DNA of 64,000 bases from Syntrophales bacterium (GCA_035685925.1 DASRZZ010000077.1:12061-76060), one strand, 5' to 3'; positions 50,562 to 60,236 are shown, counted from the first letter of the stretch. A program made the numbers and translations. Notes: a model not told the origin generated them from the letters alone.

Positions 50562-51728
50562 ACGAATTTAGATCTGATAGAAGAGCAAACAATCATTCAG
50601 GATACAGCCCGTCGCTTTGCGAGAACAGAACTCGAACCGGTAGCGGCGCGGCTCGACCAGGAGGGCGACAGAGACACCTTCATTAGGAATTTGAAGAAAC
50701 TTGCCGAACTCGGTCTGATGGGCATCAACGTGAAGAGCGAATATGGAGGCTCTGAGGCAGGTGTGGTCGCTTTCAGTCTTGCGATCACAGAAATCGCCAG
50801 GGCTTGCGCCTCTACGGCGGTGACCATGTCGGTCAATAACATGGTCTGCGAGGTAATCCAAGCGATTGGCTCGGAAGAGCAGAAGATGGTTTATATTCCG
50901 AAGATCTGTTCGGGCGAATACCCTGCCGGTGGGTTTGCATTGACTGAGACCATGGCGGGCTCCGATGCAGCAGGGCTTCAGGCGTCTGCTGTTCTGGACG
51001 GCGATCACTGGGTTCTCAATGGGTCGAAGATATTTATTACCAGCGCCGAATACGCCGGCGTGTTCGTTGTTTGGGCGGTTACCGATAAAAAGGCGAAGAA
51101 GGGCAGCGGTATAAGCACATTTCTCGTTGAAAACGGCGCTCCCGGTTTTAAGATTGGCCGTCTAGAGCACAAAATGGGTCAGCATGCATCTTCAACGAAT
51201 GAACTGATCTTTGAAGATTGCCGGATACCGAAATCAGCCCTCATGGGGAAGTTGAATGGCGGCTTCAAGACAGCCACGGGAGAACTTGCTGGTGGGCGCA
51301 TAGGCATCGGATCCCTTGCTTTAGGTATCGGACTTGCAGCGATGGATTATGCCACGCGATATGCAATGGAGAGAAAGCAGTTCGATCAGTCCATCACGAA
51401 TTTCCAAGCTATCCAGTGGATGATTGCGGAGTCCTATACGGAGCTCGAGGCGGCAAGACTCCTCCTTATGAACGCAGCGTTCAAGAAGGAGCAGGGCAAG
51501 CCCTTTGCTAGAGAGGCATCTATGGCAAAGTATTTTGCGACCGAAGCCGCAGACAGGGCATGCTTCAACGCCATTCAAATGCTCGGGGGTTATGGATACA
51601 CCAATGAATTCCCTGTTGAACGTTATGCGAGAGACGTCCGGATTACGTTGATCTATGAAGGGACCAACCAGATACAACGGATGATAGTTGCCAGGGATAT
51701 TATGAACAGCCTCAAAGAATCGGCGTGA
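50562..51728 (+). CDS. Acyl-CoA dehydrogenase (apparent ACG start)
   Basis: FALTE..AGSD, GSKIFIT, RKQFDQ, GGYGY, IYEGT. The in-frame N-terminus (T)NLDLIEEQTIIQDTARRFA follows GGAGG. Confidence 0.9.
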   Translation, partial: TNLDLIEEQTIIQDTARRFARTELEPVAARLDQEGDRDTFIRNLKKLAELGLMGINVKSEYGGSEAGVVAFSLAITEIARACASTAVTMSVNNMVCEVIQAIGSEEQKMVYIPKICSGEYPAGGFALTETMAGSDAAGLQASAVLDGDHWVLNGSKIFITSAEYAGVFVVWAVTDKKAKKGSGISTFLVENGAPGFKIGRLEHKMGQHASSTNELIFEDCRIPKSALMGKLNGGFKTATGELAGGRIGIGSLALGIGLAAMDYATRYAMERKQFDQSITNFQAIQWMIAESYTELEAARLLLMNAAFKKEQGKPFAREASMAKYFATEAADRACFNAIQMLGGYGYTNEFPVERYARDVRITLIYEGTNQIQRMIVARDIMNSLKESA

Positions 51729-51986
51729 ACCATCCGAGGCTGAAGTGCATTTGGCGGTCAGGGTCGGAAACAGCAGCAAAATAAAGCTTGCACAGCAGGG
51801 AGCGAATTGCGCCAAAATAGGCGGCCACCGCGAAGTTGCGTCACCGGCAAAGCAGGATCGTACAGGTGACCTTCGGTCATCAAGTTTCATAAATTGCTTT
51901 GAAAATTGCCTTCGGAAACTGGGTCTCGTATTGCCGCTTTCCAGGGGCAGAATAATTTTACATATTTCTAAACAATGGGGGTAGTA

Positions 51987-53342
51987 ATGGAAAAGGTACC
52001 ACAAAAGCTGGAGAAGACCAGGGCAGAGATGTATGCCAATGCACCGATCTCGAAGTTCGGAGAGAGAAAGCCTGATTTCTCAACGATGGGGCGGAAAATA
52101 AAGAATCAGTTCAAGAGTTTCAGAGAGGTTGTCGTTGTTGAGGCATGCCGGACGCCATATGGCAGATTCGGGGGAGCACTGAAGGGTTTCTCAGCAGCCG
52201 AACTTGGGGCCTTGGCGATCAAGGAAGTAATCAAGCGGACAAATGGAAAGGTCAAACCGTCCGATGTGGATTACGTTTTCATGGGGCAGGTGGTTCCTGC
52301 AGGGTGTGGACAGGTACCCAGCAGGCAGGCAACCATCCTGGCAGGTCTACCTGAATCCATTCCCTCCATTACAATCAATAAAGTATGTTCTTCAGGTATT
52401 AAGCCGGTCGATCTCGCTGCCCAGATGATCCAGCTGGGAAGAGCGGAGATCTGCATAGCCGGGGGCCAGGAGAGCATGAGCAATGGCCCGTATGCCCTGC
52501 CTGAGATGAGGTGGGGGACAAGGATGGGACTCCCGACGCGACCGGCCGTCGATTTGGTGGTCTTCGACGGGCTTTGGGACGCCTTCTATAACCGGCACAT
52601 GGCTATTCACGGCTCTGAGGTCGGTGATGAATTCGGCGTTACGCGACAGGATCAGGATGAATGGGCCCTTCACTCCCAGCTGGCGGCGGTTGAGGCCATG
52701 AAAACCGGGAAACTGGATGATGAAATATTCCCCGTGGAAATCAAGCAGGGGAAGAAGGCAGTCATATTCGATAAAGACGAAGGGCCGAGGCCGGAAACGA
52801 CGATGGACGGGCTGGCTAAGTTGCCGCCCGTATTCAACCACAAGAGCCCGGTCACGGGAGGCCCCGGAAGCGTTACGGCGGGCAATGCACCGGGAGTCAA
52901 CGACGGGGGGGATGTCTGCTTGTTGATGAGCAGACAGATGGCCGACAAGCTTGGCATGAAACCCCTGTTTACGATACTTGATTACGCCGAGGTTTCCCAG
53001 CCGCCGAAGGATATTGCGACGGTGCCGGGCCTGGCAATCAAAAAACTCCTCGCACAAAATGACATGACCCTAGATCAGGTAGATCTTCTGGAGATCAATG
53101 AAGCATTTGCTGCCGTTGTCTTGGTCAGTGCCCGTTACATCCTGGGCATGAGCAAGGAAGATATGTTTAAGAGAGTCAATGTTAATGGAAGCGCAATTGC
53201 ATATGGCCACCCTATAGGTGCAACAGGCGCGAGAATCGTCATGACTCTTGCCTATGAACTGCGGCGAAGAGGCGGCGGGATCGGGATATGCGGTATATGC
53301 TCGGGCCATGCCCAGGGCGACGCGATGCTGATCAAAGTATAA
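51987..53342 (+). CDS. Acetyl-CoA C-acyltransferase (thiolase)
   Basis: NKVCSSG, NEAF, GHPIGATG, CSGHAQG. Confidence 0.95.
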   Translation: MEKVPQKLEKTRAEMYANAPISKFGERKPDFSTMGRKIKNQFKSFREVVVVEACRTPYGRFGGALKGFSAAELGALAIKEVIKRTNGKVKPSDVDYVFMGQVVPAGCGQVPSRQATILAGLPESIPSITINKVCSSGIKPVDLAAQMIQLGRAEICIAGGQESMSNGPYALPEMRWGTRMGLPTRPAVDLVVFDGLWDAFYNRHMAIHGSEVGDEFGVTRQDQDEWALHSQLAAVEAMKTGKLDDEIFPVEIKQGKKAVIFDKDEGPRPETTMDGLAKLPPVFNHKSPVTGGPGSVTAGNAPGVNDGGDVCLLMSRQMADKLGMKPLFTILDYAEVSQPPKDIATVPGLAIKKLLAQNDMTLDQVDLLEINEAFAAVVLVSARYILGMSKEDMFKRVNVNGSAIAYGHPIGATGARIVMTLAYELRRRGGGIGICGICSGHAQGDAMLIKV

Positions 53343-53449
53343 GAAATTTACGTTCCTTAAGGCTCAAGTTCTTTTCTTCGGTGTTTGAAAGAATTTTACT
53401 TTTGGGAAGATAGGTTCTGAGAATAAAAAATGACGGGAGGAAGGTAGTC

Positions 53450-54307
53450 ATGGCAGTCAAGACATTTGGTGTAGTGGGCGCCGGTCAGATGGGAAACGGT
53501 ATTGCCCAGGTTGCTGCAAGCCCGGGAGGGCTCAATGTAATCATGAATGACATTGCGGACCAGTTCGTTGATAAAGGATACGATGCGATTTCAAAGAACC
53601 TGGACAGGCTCATCGCCAAGGAGAAGCTCACCGCTGACCAGAAGAAAGAAATCATGGGCCGCATCAAGAAGAGCACGAAGCTGGAAGACATGAAGGATGC
53701 CGACTTCGTTGTAGAGGCGGCTGTGGAGAGGGAAGATTTGAAACTGGGGATATTCAGGAAGCTTGATGAAGTCTGCAAGCCGGGCGTAATTCTCGCTACG
53801 AATACATCTTCGATTCCCATCACGAGGATAGCGGGGGCGACAAAGAGACCTGCCCTGGTCATCGGGATGCATTTCATGAATCCCGTCCCGGTGATGAGGC
53901 TCGTGGAGATTATCAGAGGCCTTGCTACCTCTCAGGAAACTTACAATATGACGGAGGCCTTGTCCAAGCAATTTGGGAAAGTTCCTGTCGAATGCAACGA
54001 CTTCCCCGGATTTATATCGAACAGGATCCTTATGCCTATGATCAATGAGGCCGTTTATGCCCTGATGGAAGGGGTAGGAACGCCCAAGGCCATTGACGAC
54101 ATTATGGTGCTGGGCATGAATCACCCTATGGGTCCTCTGGCACTGGCTGACCTGATTGGTCTCGACACGTGCTGGGCCATAATGGACGTTCTATACAAGG
54201 GATTTGGTGATTCCAAGTACCGCCCCTGTCCGCTTCTCAAAAAATATGTGGATGCAGGTTATATGGGGAGAAAAACGGGAAAAGGATTCTACGATTATAG
54301 CAAGTAA
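53450..54307 (+). CDS. hbd: 3-hydroxybutyryl-CoA dehydrogenase
   Basis: [34 protein letters not shown]. Confidence 0.93.
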   Translation: MAVKTFGVVGAGQMGNGIAQVAASPGGLNVIMNDIADQFVDKGYDAISKNLDRLIAKEKLTADQKKEIMGRIKKSTKLEDMKDADFVVEAAVEREDLKLGIFRKLDEVCKPGVILATNTSSIPITRIAGATKRPALVIGMHFMNPVPVMRLVEIIRGLATSQETYNMTEALSKQFGKVPVECNDFPGFISNRILMPMINEAVYALMEGVGTPKAIDDIMVLGMNHPMGPLALADLIGLDTCWAIMDVLYKGFGDSKYRPCPLLKKYVDAGYMGRKTGKGFYDYSK

Positions 54308-54496
54308 AAATTGCGAATTTCGCTTCGGAAGGGAACGCAACCCGGGATGGCGGCAAGATAAAGTGGTTGCAGGGAAGCGAATTTCTTCATTGCGGGAAAA
54401 TAAGATTTGGGCTGAGAAGCCCGAAGTTTAGTTGAAAAAATAGGCTCTCGGAAACCTGTCCGAGAGCGAGAAGAAATGGAAAAGGGGGTATATCTG

Positions 54497-55279
54497 ATGG
54501 AATTCAAGAACCTCTTGTTTGCAGTTGAGGACGATGTCGCTACAATAACGTTTAACAGACCCAAGGCCTTAAATGCGATGAATACGGAAACCATGAAGGA
54601 GCTTATGGATGCAGTTACACTCTGTAAAAATGATGACACCGTAAAGGTTCTCATCCTCACCGGGTCGGGAGACAAGGCCTTTGTAGCGGGCGCCGATATA
54701 TCAGGGATGCAGAACCTGCGTCCTAAAGAGGCCCTTGCCTTTATGGAGCTTGGTAATGAGACCCTGCGATTGATTGAAACGCTGCCAAAGCCTTCCATAG
54801 CCGCTGTGAATGGTTTTGCCCTGGGCGGCGGCACGGAGATCGCCATGTCCTGCGATATGAGATTTGCAGCGGAGACAGCCCGTTTCGGCCAGCCGGAAAT
54901 ACTGATCGGATTGATACCTGGATGGGGAGGAACTCAGAGGCTTTCGCGTTTAATAGGAATGGGAAGGGCCAAGGAGCTCATCATGGGTGGTGAACAGATT
55001 GATGCGAAAAGGGCCTTCGAAATTGGCCTGGTTAACAGGGTGTTTCCCCTGGATCAGCTTCTTGCGGAAACAAAGAAATTCGCGCTGAAACTTGTACGCA
55101 TGCCCGGATTTGCCCTGAAGATGGCCAAACATTCGATCAATTATGGTTATGATCTTGCGCTTGATAACGGAATCAGACTTGAAATGGAATGCTGCGCCCA
55201 GTGCTTCAGCACGGATGATCAGAAAGAAGGAATGAAGGCATTCCTTGAAAAGAGAAAACCTGTTTACACTGGTAAGTGA
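54497..55279 (+). CDS. crt: Enoyl-CoA hydratase (crotonase)
   Basis: AFVAGADI, GFALGGGTE, FGQPE, PGWGGTQRL. Confidence 0.92.
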   Translation: MEFKNLLFAVEDDVATITFNRPKALNAMNTETMKELMDAVTLCKNDDTVKVLILTGSGDKAFVAGADISGMQNLRPKEALAFMELGNETLRLIETLPKPSIAAVNGFALGGGTEIAMSCDMRFAAETARFGQPEILIGLIPGWGGTQRLSRLIGMGRAKELIMGGEQIDAKRAFEIGLVNRVFPLDQLLAETKKFALKLVRMPGFALKMAKHSINYGYDLALDNGIRLEMECCAQCFSTDDQKEGMKAFLEKRKPVYTGK

Positions 55280-55333
55280 TTAGTCGTTTTATACTGCTTT
55301 AATTAAACATTATTGTAAGGGGGGTTATGAGCC

Positions 55334-56482
55334 ATGAATTTTGGTTTAACAGAAGATCAACGTGACGTAAAAGAGATGGTAACAAAATTTGCAGAGCAGG
55401 AGATTAAACCTATTGCCGCAGAGTTGGACAAGACTCACAGGCATCCGGAAGAGATCTGCCGCAAGCTTGGCGAAATGGGCATCATGGGCATTGCCGTGCC
55501 TCAGGAATACGGCGGTGCGGGCATGGATACGGTGACGTACGTCCACAGCCTGATCGCGATTTCCAAGGCCTGTGCAAGTTGCGGTGTTATTGTGTCGGTC
55601 AACAATTCCCTGTACGGGTACCCGGTACTGGCCTTCGGGTCGGAAGAGCAGAAGAAAAAGTATTTACCACCCGTGGCCGGCGGGAAGGTCGAAGGCTGCT
55701 ATGGGTTAACAGAGCCAAGCGCCGGGTCGGATGCGGCAGCACTGAAGTGCCGGGCCGTATTGAAAGGCGACAAATATATCGTTAACGGGACCAAAATCTT
55801 CATAACAAACGGTAATGTGGCGCATTACTGCGTTCTAGCTGTCACGACCGATCCCGCGTTAGGATACAAGGGTGTCATCAATCTCATCGTTGACATGAAG
55901 AACACCCCTGGTTTTAAAGTAGGGAAGATCGAGGAAAAGATGGGAATCCTCGCGTCAGGCACGGCTGAGCTTGTCTTCGAGGACGCCGAGGTACCGGCGG
56001 CAAACCTCCTGGGTAAGCCGGGACAGGGTTTTAAGCAGATGATGATGGGGCTGGACGCGGGGAGAATCGGCATTGGTTCCCAGGCTTGCGGTATAGGCAA
56101 GGCCGCTCTGGAAGACGCCTTGGCTTATGCAAAAGAGAGGGTGCAGTTCGGTAAGCCGATCGCGACATTCCAGGCGATCCAGTTCAAGCTCGCCGATATG
56201 GCAATGGAGCTTGATGCAGCGGAATTGATGCTCCTTCGCGCCGCCTGGATGGAAGACAACCATCTTGATTTTGAGAAGGAATCGGCCATGGCCAAGTGTT
56301 ATGCGTCCGATGTGGCAATGAAGGCTGCCGTTGAATGCGTTCAGATATTCGGCGGTTACGGCTACACGAAAGAGTATCCGGCCGAAAGGCACATGCGGGA
56401 TGCGAAGATCTGCCAGATCTATGAAGGGACGAACGAGATTCAGAGGGTGGTTATCTCAAGAAAACTTTTGAGCATGAGATAA
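55334..56482 (+). CDS. Short-chain (butyryl-CoA-type) acyl-CoA dehydrogenase
   Basis: GLTEPSAGSD, NGTKIFITN, RVQFGKPI, GGYGY, IYEGTNEIQR. Confidence 0.93.
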   Translation: MNFGLTEDQRDVKEMVTKFAEQEIKPIAAELDKTHRHPEEICRKLGEMGIMGIAVPQEYGGAGMDTVTYVHSLIAISKACASCGVIVSVNNSLYGYPVLAFGSEEQKKKYLPPVAGGKVEGCYGLTEPSAGSDAAALKCRAVLKGDKYIVNGTKIFITNGNVAHYCVLAVTTDPALGYKGVINLIVDMKNTPGFKVGKIEEKMGILASGTAELVFEDAEVPAANLLGKPGQGFKQMMMGLDAGRIGIGSQACGIGKAALEDALAYAKERVQFGKPIATFQAIQFKLADMAMELDAAELMLLRAAWMEDNHLDFEKESAMAKCYASDVAMKAAVECVQIFGGYGYTKEYPAERHMRDAKICQIYEGTNEIQRVVISRKLLSMR

Positions 56483-56574
56483 AGCTGTCCATCACACAAA
56501 GCTCGTCTCATTTAAGAGGGAAAATAGAGATTCGTAAGAAGGCTTTCTTCTTTTAGTAGAAGAGTGGATGAAAG

Positions 56575-56874
56575 TTACTTTTCGATTCTGAAGGGTGAGA
56601 ACTCATACTCTTTTTCCTCGACGGCGAAAGCCACCCTGTCATCTTCGTTTACTGTGAGTTTGCCTTCTATAATGCGGCGGCATCCGAAATCGAAAAAGTT
56701 TACCTGGTGGGTAGGCACATCCTTCTCATCCATTTGTTTGTAGTATTGCTCTTTTTCAGCTGGTGTAAGTTCTCTGATGATGAGTTTTTGGCATCGTTCG
56801 CGGGCTTCCCATGTACCCTGGCGTATGGTGACCCGGTAATTGCCGTGAAATTTTATAGGCATTCTTATTTCCAT
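56575..56874 (-). CDS. Small hypothetical protein (99 aa)
   Basis: GGAGG RBS before ATG 56874; protein-like composition. Confidence 0.65.
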   Translation of the reverse strand: MEIRMPIKFHGNYRVTIRQGTWEARERCQKLIIRELTPAEKEQYYKQMDEKDVPTHQVNFFDFGCRRIIEGKLTVNEDDRVAFAVEEKEYEFSPFRIEK

Positions 56875-56982
56875 CACTGTACCTCCAGATTTCGCACTGT
56901 TTCGTAGCCGGAGACTGCATAGCACAACTTGGGATTATTGTCCATTTATTGATAGCGGTGCATTGCGGGCAGCCTTTTGTCT

Positions 56983-57011
56983 TTGACAAACCTGCATGAA
57001 GGGGAGATAAT
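56983..57011 (+). promoter_or_regulatory. Sigma70 promoter for the mutase-meaB genes
   Basis: TTGACA-17 bp-GATAAT upstream of the mutase RBS. Confidence 0.6.
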
Positions 57012-57084
57012 TCATGGATTCGACAGGCGGGTCCTGATTAATAATCAGCAATTATACCAGATTTATTTGGAAGGAGGCGGTAAT

Positions 57085-58767
57085 ATGTATTTTGCAAAAG
57101 AGGTGCTGAGTCAATCCAGCGAACTCAGAAAAAAATGGGAAGATGAGGTCCGGAAGGTGGTCAATAAGGTTCCTGACCAGAGGGAACGATGGTCCACCGT
57201 TTCAGACCTCGAAATCAGGAGACTCTACGGTCCTGAGGACATAAAGGATATGGACTTTGTCCGGGACATTGGATACCCGGGCCAGTTCCCATTCTTACGT
57301 GGCAATCAGGTGACGGGTTATCGCGGGCGATACTGGACGTTCAGGATGTTTTCCGGCATGGGAAGCGCCAAGGACACTAACCAGCGTTGGCACATGCTTC
57401 TCAAGGAGGGACAGACCGGACTCAGCACAGCCTTCGATTTCCCGACTCTTATGGGCTATGATACGGATGCGCCCAAGGCTCGCGGCGAGTGCGGGAAGTG
57501 CGGGGTCGCCATAGACACCCTAGAGGATTTTCTGCAATTGGTGGACGGGATTCCCATGGACGAGGTAACAACTTCCATGACCATCAATCCGCCGGCAACG
57601 GTCCTATGGGCCATGTACTGTGCGGCGGCGCAGATCAAGGGTATACCGCTTTCCAAGATAGGCGGCACGATCCAGAATGACATGCTGAAGGAATTCATCG
57701 CACAGAAGACCTTCATGTGTCCCCCGGAGCCGTCGGTCCGGCTCATCAGCGACACCGTCGAGTTCGGAACGAAGCATGTTCCCCGATGGAATACCATCAG
57801 CATCAGCGGGTACCATATCAGGGAAGCCGGTTCCACAGCGGTTCAAGAGCTTGCCTTTACCCTTCGTGACGGCATGGAGTATGTAGAGGATGTCGTAAAC
57901 AGGAAGGGGTTAAATGTCGATGAATTTGCTCCCAGGTTTTCGTTTTTCTTTAATTCCCACATCGATTTCTTTGAGGAGATATGTAAGATGCGTGCTGCCA
58001 GGCGGATCTGGGCAAAAGTGATGCGGGATCGTTATAAGGCAAAGGATCCGAGATCATGGTGGATGCGCTTCCATACTCAGACAGCCGGGTGTTCGCTTAC
58101 GGCTCAGCAGCCCTACAACAACGTAGTGCGGACAGCCACCGAAGCCCTTGCCGCTGTCCTTGGCGGTACCCAGTCCCTGCATACCAATTCACTCGACGAG
58201 GTTATGTGTCTTCCTTCGGATAACGCCGTGCAGATCGCCCTCAGAACGCAGCAGATCATTGCTGAGGAGACGGGCGCAGCCAGCACGATCGATCCACTGG
58301 CAGGTTCATACTTCGTGGAAACGCTGACGAATGAAATGGAAGAGCAGGCATGGGACTATATCAATAAGATTGATGAGATGGGCGGTATGGTTGCCGCAAT
58401 AGATAAGGGGTTTCCGCAGTTGGAGATAGCCGATGCTGCCTACAAGTACCAGAGGCAGATAGACTCTCACGAAAAGATTATGGTCGGCGTCAACAAATAT
58501 GTTACCGATGAAGAGATACCCATCCCTCTTTTGGAGATTGATGATAAAGTTGAAGAGGATCAGATCGCGCGGTTGAATGCAGTTCGCAGGAAAAGAGACA
58601 ATAAGGCAGTGAAGAAGAGTCTCGAAGATATTAAGAACGCGTGCAAGAAGGGAGAGAATGTCATGCCCCACTGCATCGAGGCCGTGAAGAATTTTGCCAG
58701 TATTCAGGAAATATGCGACGTCTATCGTGAGCTCTATGGCGAGTACCGTGATCCGGGACTCTATTAG
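57085..58767 (+). CDS. icmA: B12-dependent acyl-CoA mutase, large subunit (isobutyryl-CoA mutase type)
   Basis: GLSTAFDFPT, SMTIN, GTIQND, ISGYHIREAG, GGTQSLHTN. Specificity residues Phe (RMFSG) and Gln (EFIAQK). ATG 57085 with GGAGG. Confidence 0.85.
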   Translation: MYFAKEVLSQSSELRKKWEDEVRKVVNKVPDQRERWSTVSDLEIRRLYGPEDIKDMDFVRDIGYPGQFPFLRGNQVTGYRGRYWTFRMFSGMGSAKDTNQRWHMLLKEGQTGLSTAFDFPTLMGYDTDAPKARGECGKCGVAIDTLEDFLQLVDGIPMDEVTTSMTINPPATVLWAMYCAAAQIKGIPLSKIGGTIQNDMLKEFIAQKTFMCPPEPSVRLISDTVEFGTKHVPRWNTISISGYHIREAGSTAVQELAFTLRDGMEYVEDVVNRKGLNVDEFAPRFSFFFNSHIDFFEEICKMRAARRIWAKVMRDRYKAKDPRSWWMRFHTQTAGCSLTAQQPYNNVVRTATEALAAVLGGTQSLHTNSLDEVMCLPSDNAVQIALRTQQIIAEETGAASTIDPLAGSYFVETLTNEMEEQAWDYINKIDEMGGMVAAIDKGFPQLEIADAAYKYQRQIDSHEKIMVGVNKYVTDEEIPIPLLEIDDKVEEDQIARLNAVRRKRDNKAVKKSLEDIKNACKKGENVMPHCIEAVKNFASIQEICDVYRELYGEYRDPGLY

Positions 58768-58791
58768 GACTGATTGAAGGAGGAGATGGTA

Positions 58792-59202
58792 ATGGCTAAG
58801 AGAAAGATTCGAGTTATGGTAGCAAAACCAGGTCTTGACGGTCATGACCGGGGCGCCAGGGTTTTAGCGAGGTGTTTCCGGGATGCTGGTTTTGAAGTAA
58901 TATATACTGGGTGTCATCAGACACCAGCGCAAATCGCCGCCTCGGCGATCCAGGAAGACGTGGATCTCGTAGGCTTGAGCTGTCTATCGGGAGCGCACAG
59001 GTATTTATTCCCCCAGGTAGTTAATCTTTTACAGGAGAAAGGTGCAGGCGATATCACGGTTATCGGCGGGGGGATCATCCCCGAGCAGGATTTTCAGAAA
59101 CTCTATGACGCAGGCATCAAGGCGATTTTCGTCCCGGGAACGACCCTTGATACAATCGTGACGTGGGTTAATAATAATGTGATGCCAGTGGAAAGGAAAT
59201 AA
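58792..59202 (+). CDS. icmB: Acyl-CoA mutase cobalamin-binding small subunit
   Basis: KPGLDGHDRGA (DxHxxG), GLSCLSG, GGGIIP. Confidence 0.88.
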   Translation: MAKRKIRVMVAKPGLDGHDRGARVLARCFRDAGFEVIYTGCHQTPAQIAASAIQEDVDLVGLSCLSGAHRYLFPQVVNLLQEKGAGDITVIGGGIIPEQDFQKLYDAGIKAIFVPGTTLDTIVTWVNNNVMPVERK

Positions 59203-60167
59203 TGGAGAGAGGTAATAGGATTAAGGCGGGTGACATACGGACTGCCTCCCGCCTTATAAGAGACATAGAGGATAGTATCCCCGAAGCAAGACTGACCATA
59301 AAACATATCTTCCCATATACGGGTAAGGCCCAGGTCGTCGGGATTACCGGTTCGCCGGGAGCGGGGAAGAGCACCATTGTTGACGGTCTCATTGAGACAA
59401 GCCGTAAGATGGAAAAAACGGTAGGGGTTCTCGCCGTTGATCCGACGAGTCCCTTTACGGGAGGAGCAACCCTCGGTGACAGGATCCGTATGCAGCGACA
59501 CGCGGAGGATACAGGGGTCTTCATACGGAGCCTCGCCACTCGTGGTTCCCTGGGCGGGCTCTCAAAGGCAGTTGGTGATGCCATCCATGTTATGGATGCG
59601 ATGGGGAAAGATGTAATATTTGTAGAAACCGTAGGTACGGGTCAACAGGAGGTGGAAATTATCCACTATGCCCATACGGTAGTCGTTGTTCTTGTGCCTG
59701 GTATGGGTGATGAAATCCAGGCGATCAAGGCGGGCATCATGGAGATCGCCGACATATTCGTTGTCAATAAGGCCGATCGCGACGGAGCGGCGAAACTGCA
59801 GCGGGAACTGATGACCATGATCGAAATGTCGCCTATTACGCCCGGGGGTTGGAAGCCGCCTGTCGTTACAATCAGGAATTCCTTTAAGCCGGAAGAGTTT
59901 GAAGAGGACCTTAGAACATTATCGGTCAAGGTTCTCGAACACTATGACTTTCTCGTAACAAGTAACCTTATCGGTGACAGGCAGAGGCGCAAGCGGCTGC
60001 ATGAACTGAACGAGGCCCTGCGGTCCAGCATCCTCGAACCTGTATTAGGGATGCTCGTCAAGACGGGTGAACTCGACCTTATGGTCGATAAGATTATGAA
60101 GAAAGAATCGGATCCTTCTACCCTTGCCGAAGAGATAGCCAAAAAATATTTACAGGGATGTTTTTAA
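59202..60167 (+). CDS. meaB: Mutase-associated GTPase MeaB
   Basis: GITGSPGAGKST, AVDPTSPFTGG, GDRIRM, ETVG, NKAD. Confidence 0.95.
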   Translation: MERGNRIKAGDIRTASRLIRDIEDSIPEARLTIKHIFPYTGKAQVVGITGSPGAGKSTIVDGLIETSRKMEKTVGVLAVDPTSPFTGGATLGDRIRMQRHAEDTGVFIRSLATRGSLGGLSKAVGDAIHVMDAMGKDVIFVETVGTGQQEVEIIHYAHTVVVVLVPGMGDEIQAIKAGIMEIADIFVVNKADRDGAAKLQRELMTMIEMSPITPGGWKPPVVTIRNSFKPEEFEEDLRTLSVKVLEHYDFLVTSNLIGDRQRRKRLHELNEALRSSILEPVLGMLVKTGELDLMVDKIMKKESDPSTLAEEIAKKYLQGCF

Positions 60168-60236
60168 TTTTTTATCTGTTTGTCTGGGGCACAATACGAT
60201 TTTCTGGTGAAATTGGGTCATGTCCCGGACATTGAG

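Noticed and set aside
56865-56920. Cobalamin-riboswitch-like words (ccatcactgt, agccggagactgc) upstream of the mutase
   Set aside because: They overlap the start and RBS of the divergent gene, lie upstream of the predicted promoter, and lack the core GGGAA/CGGTG elements.
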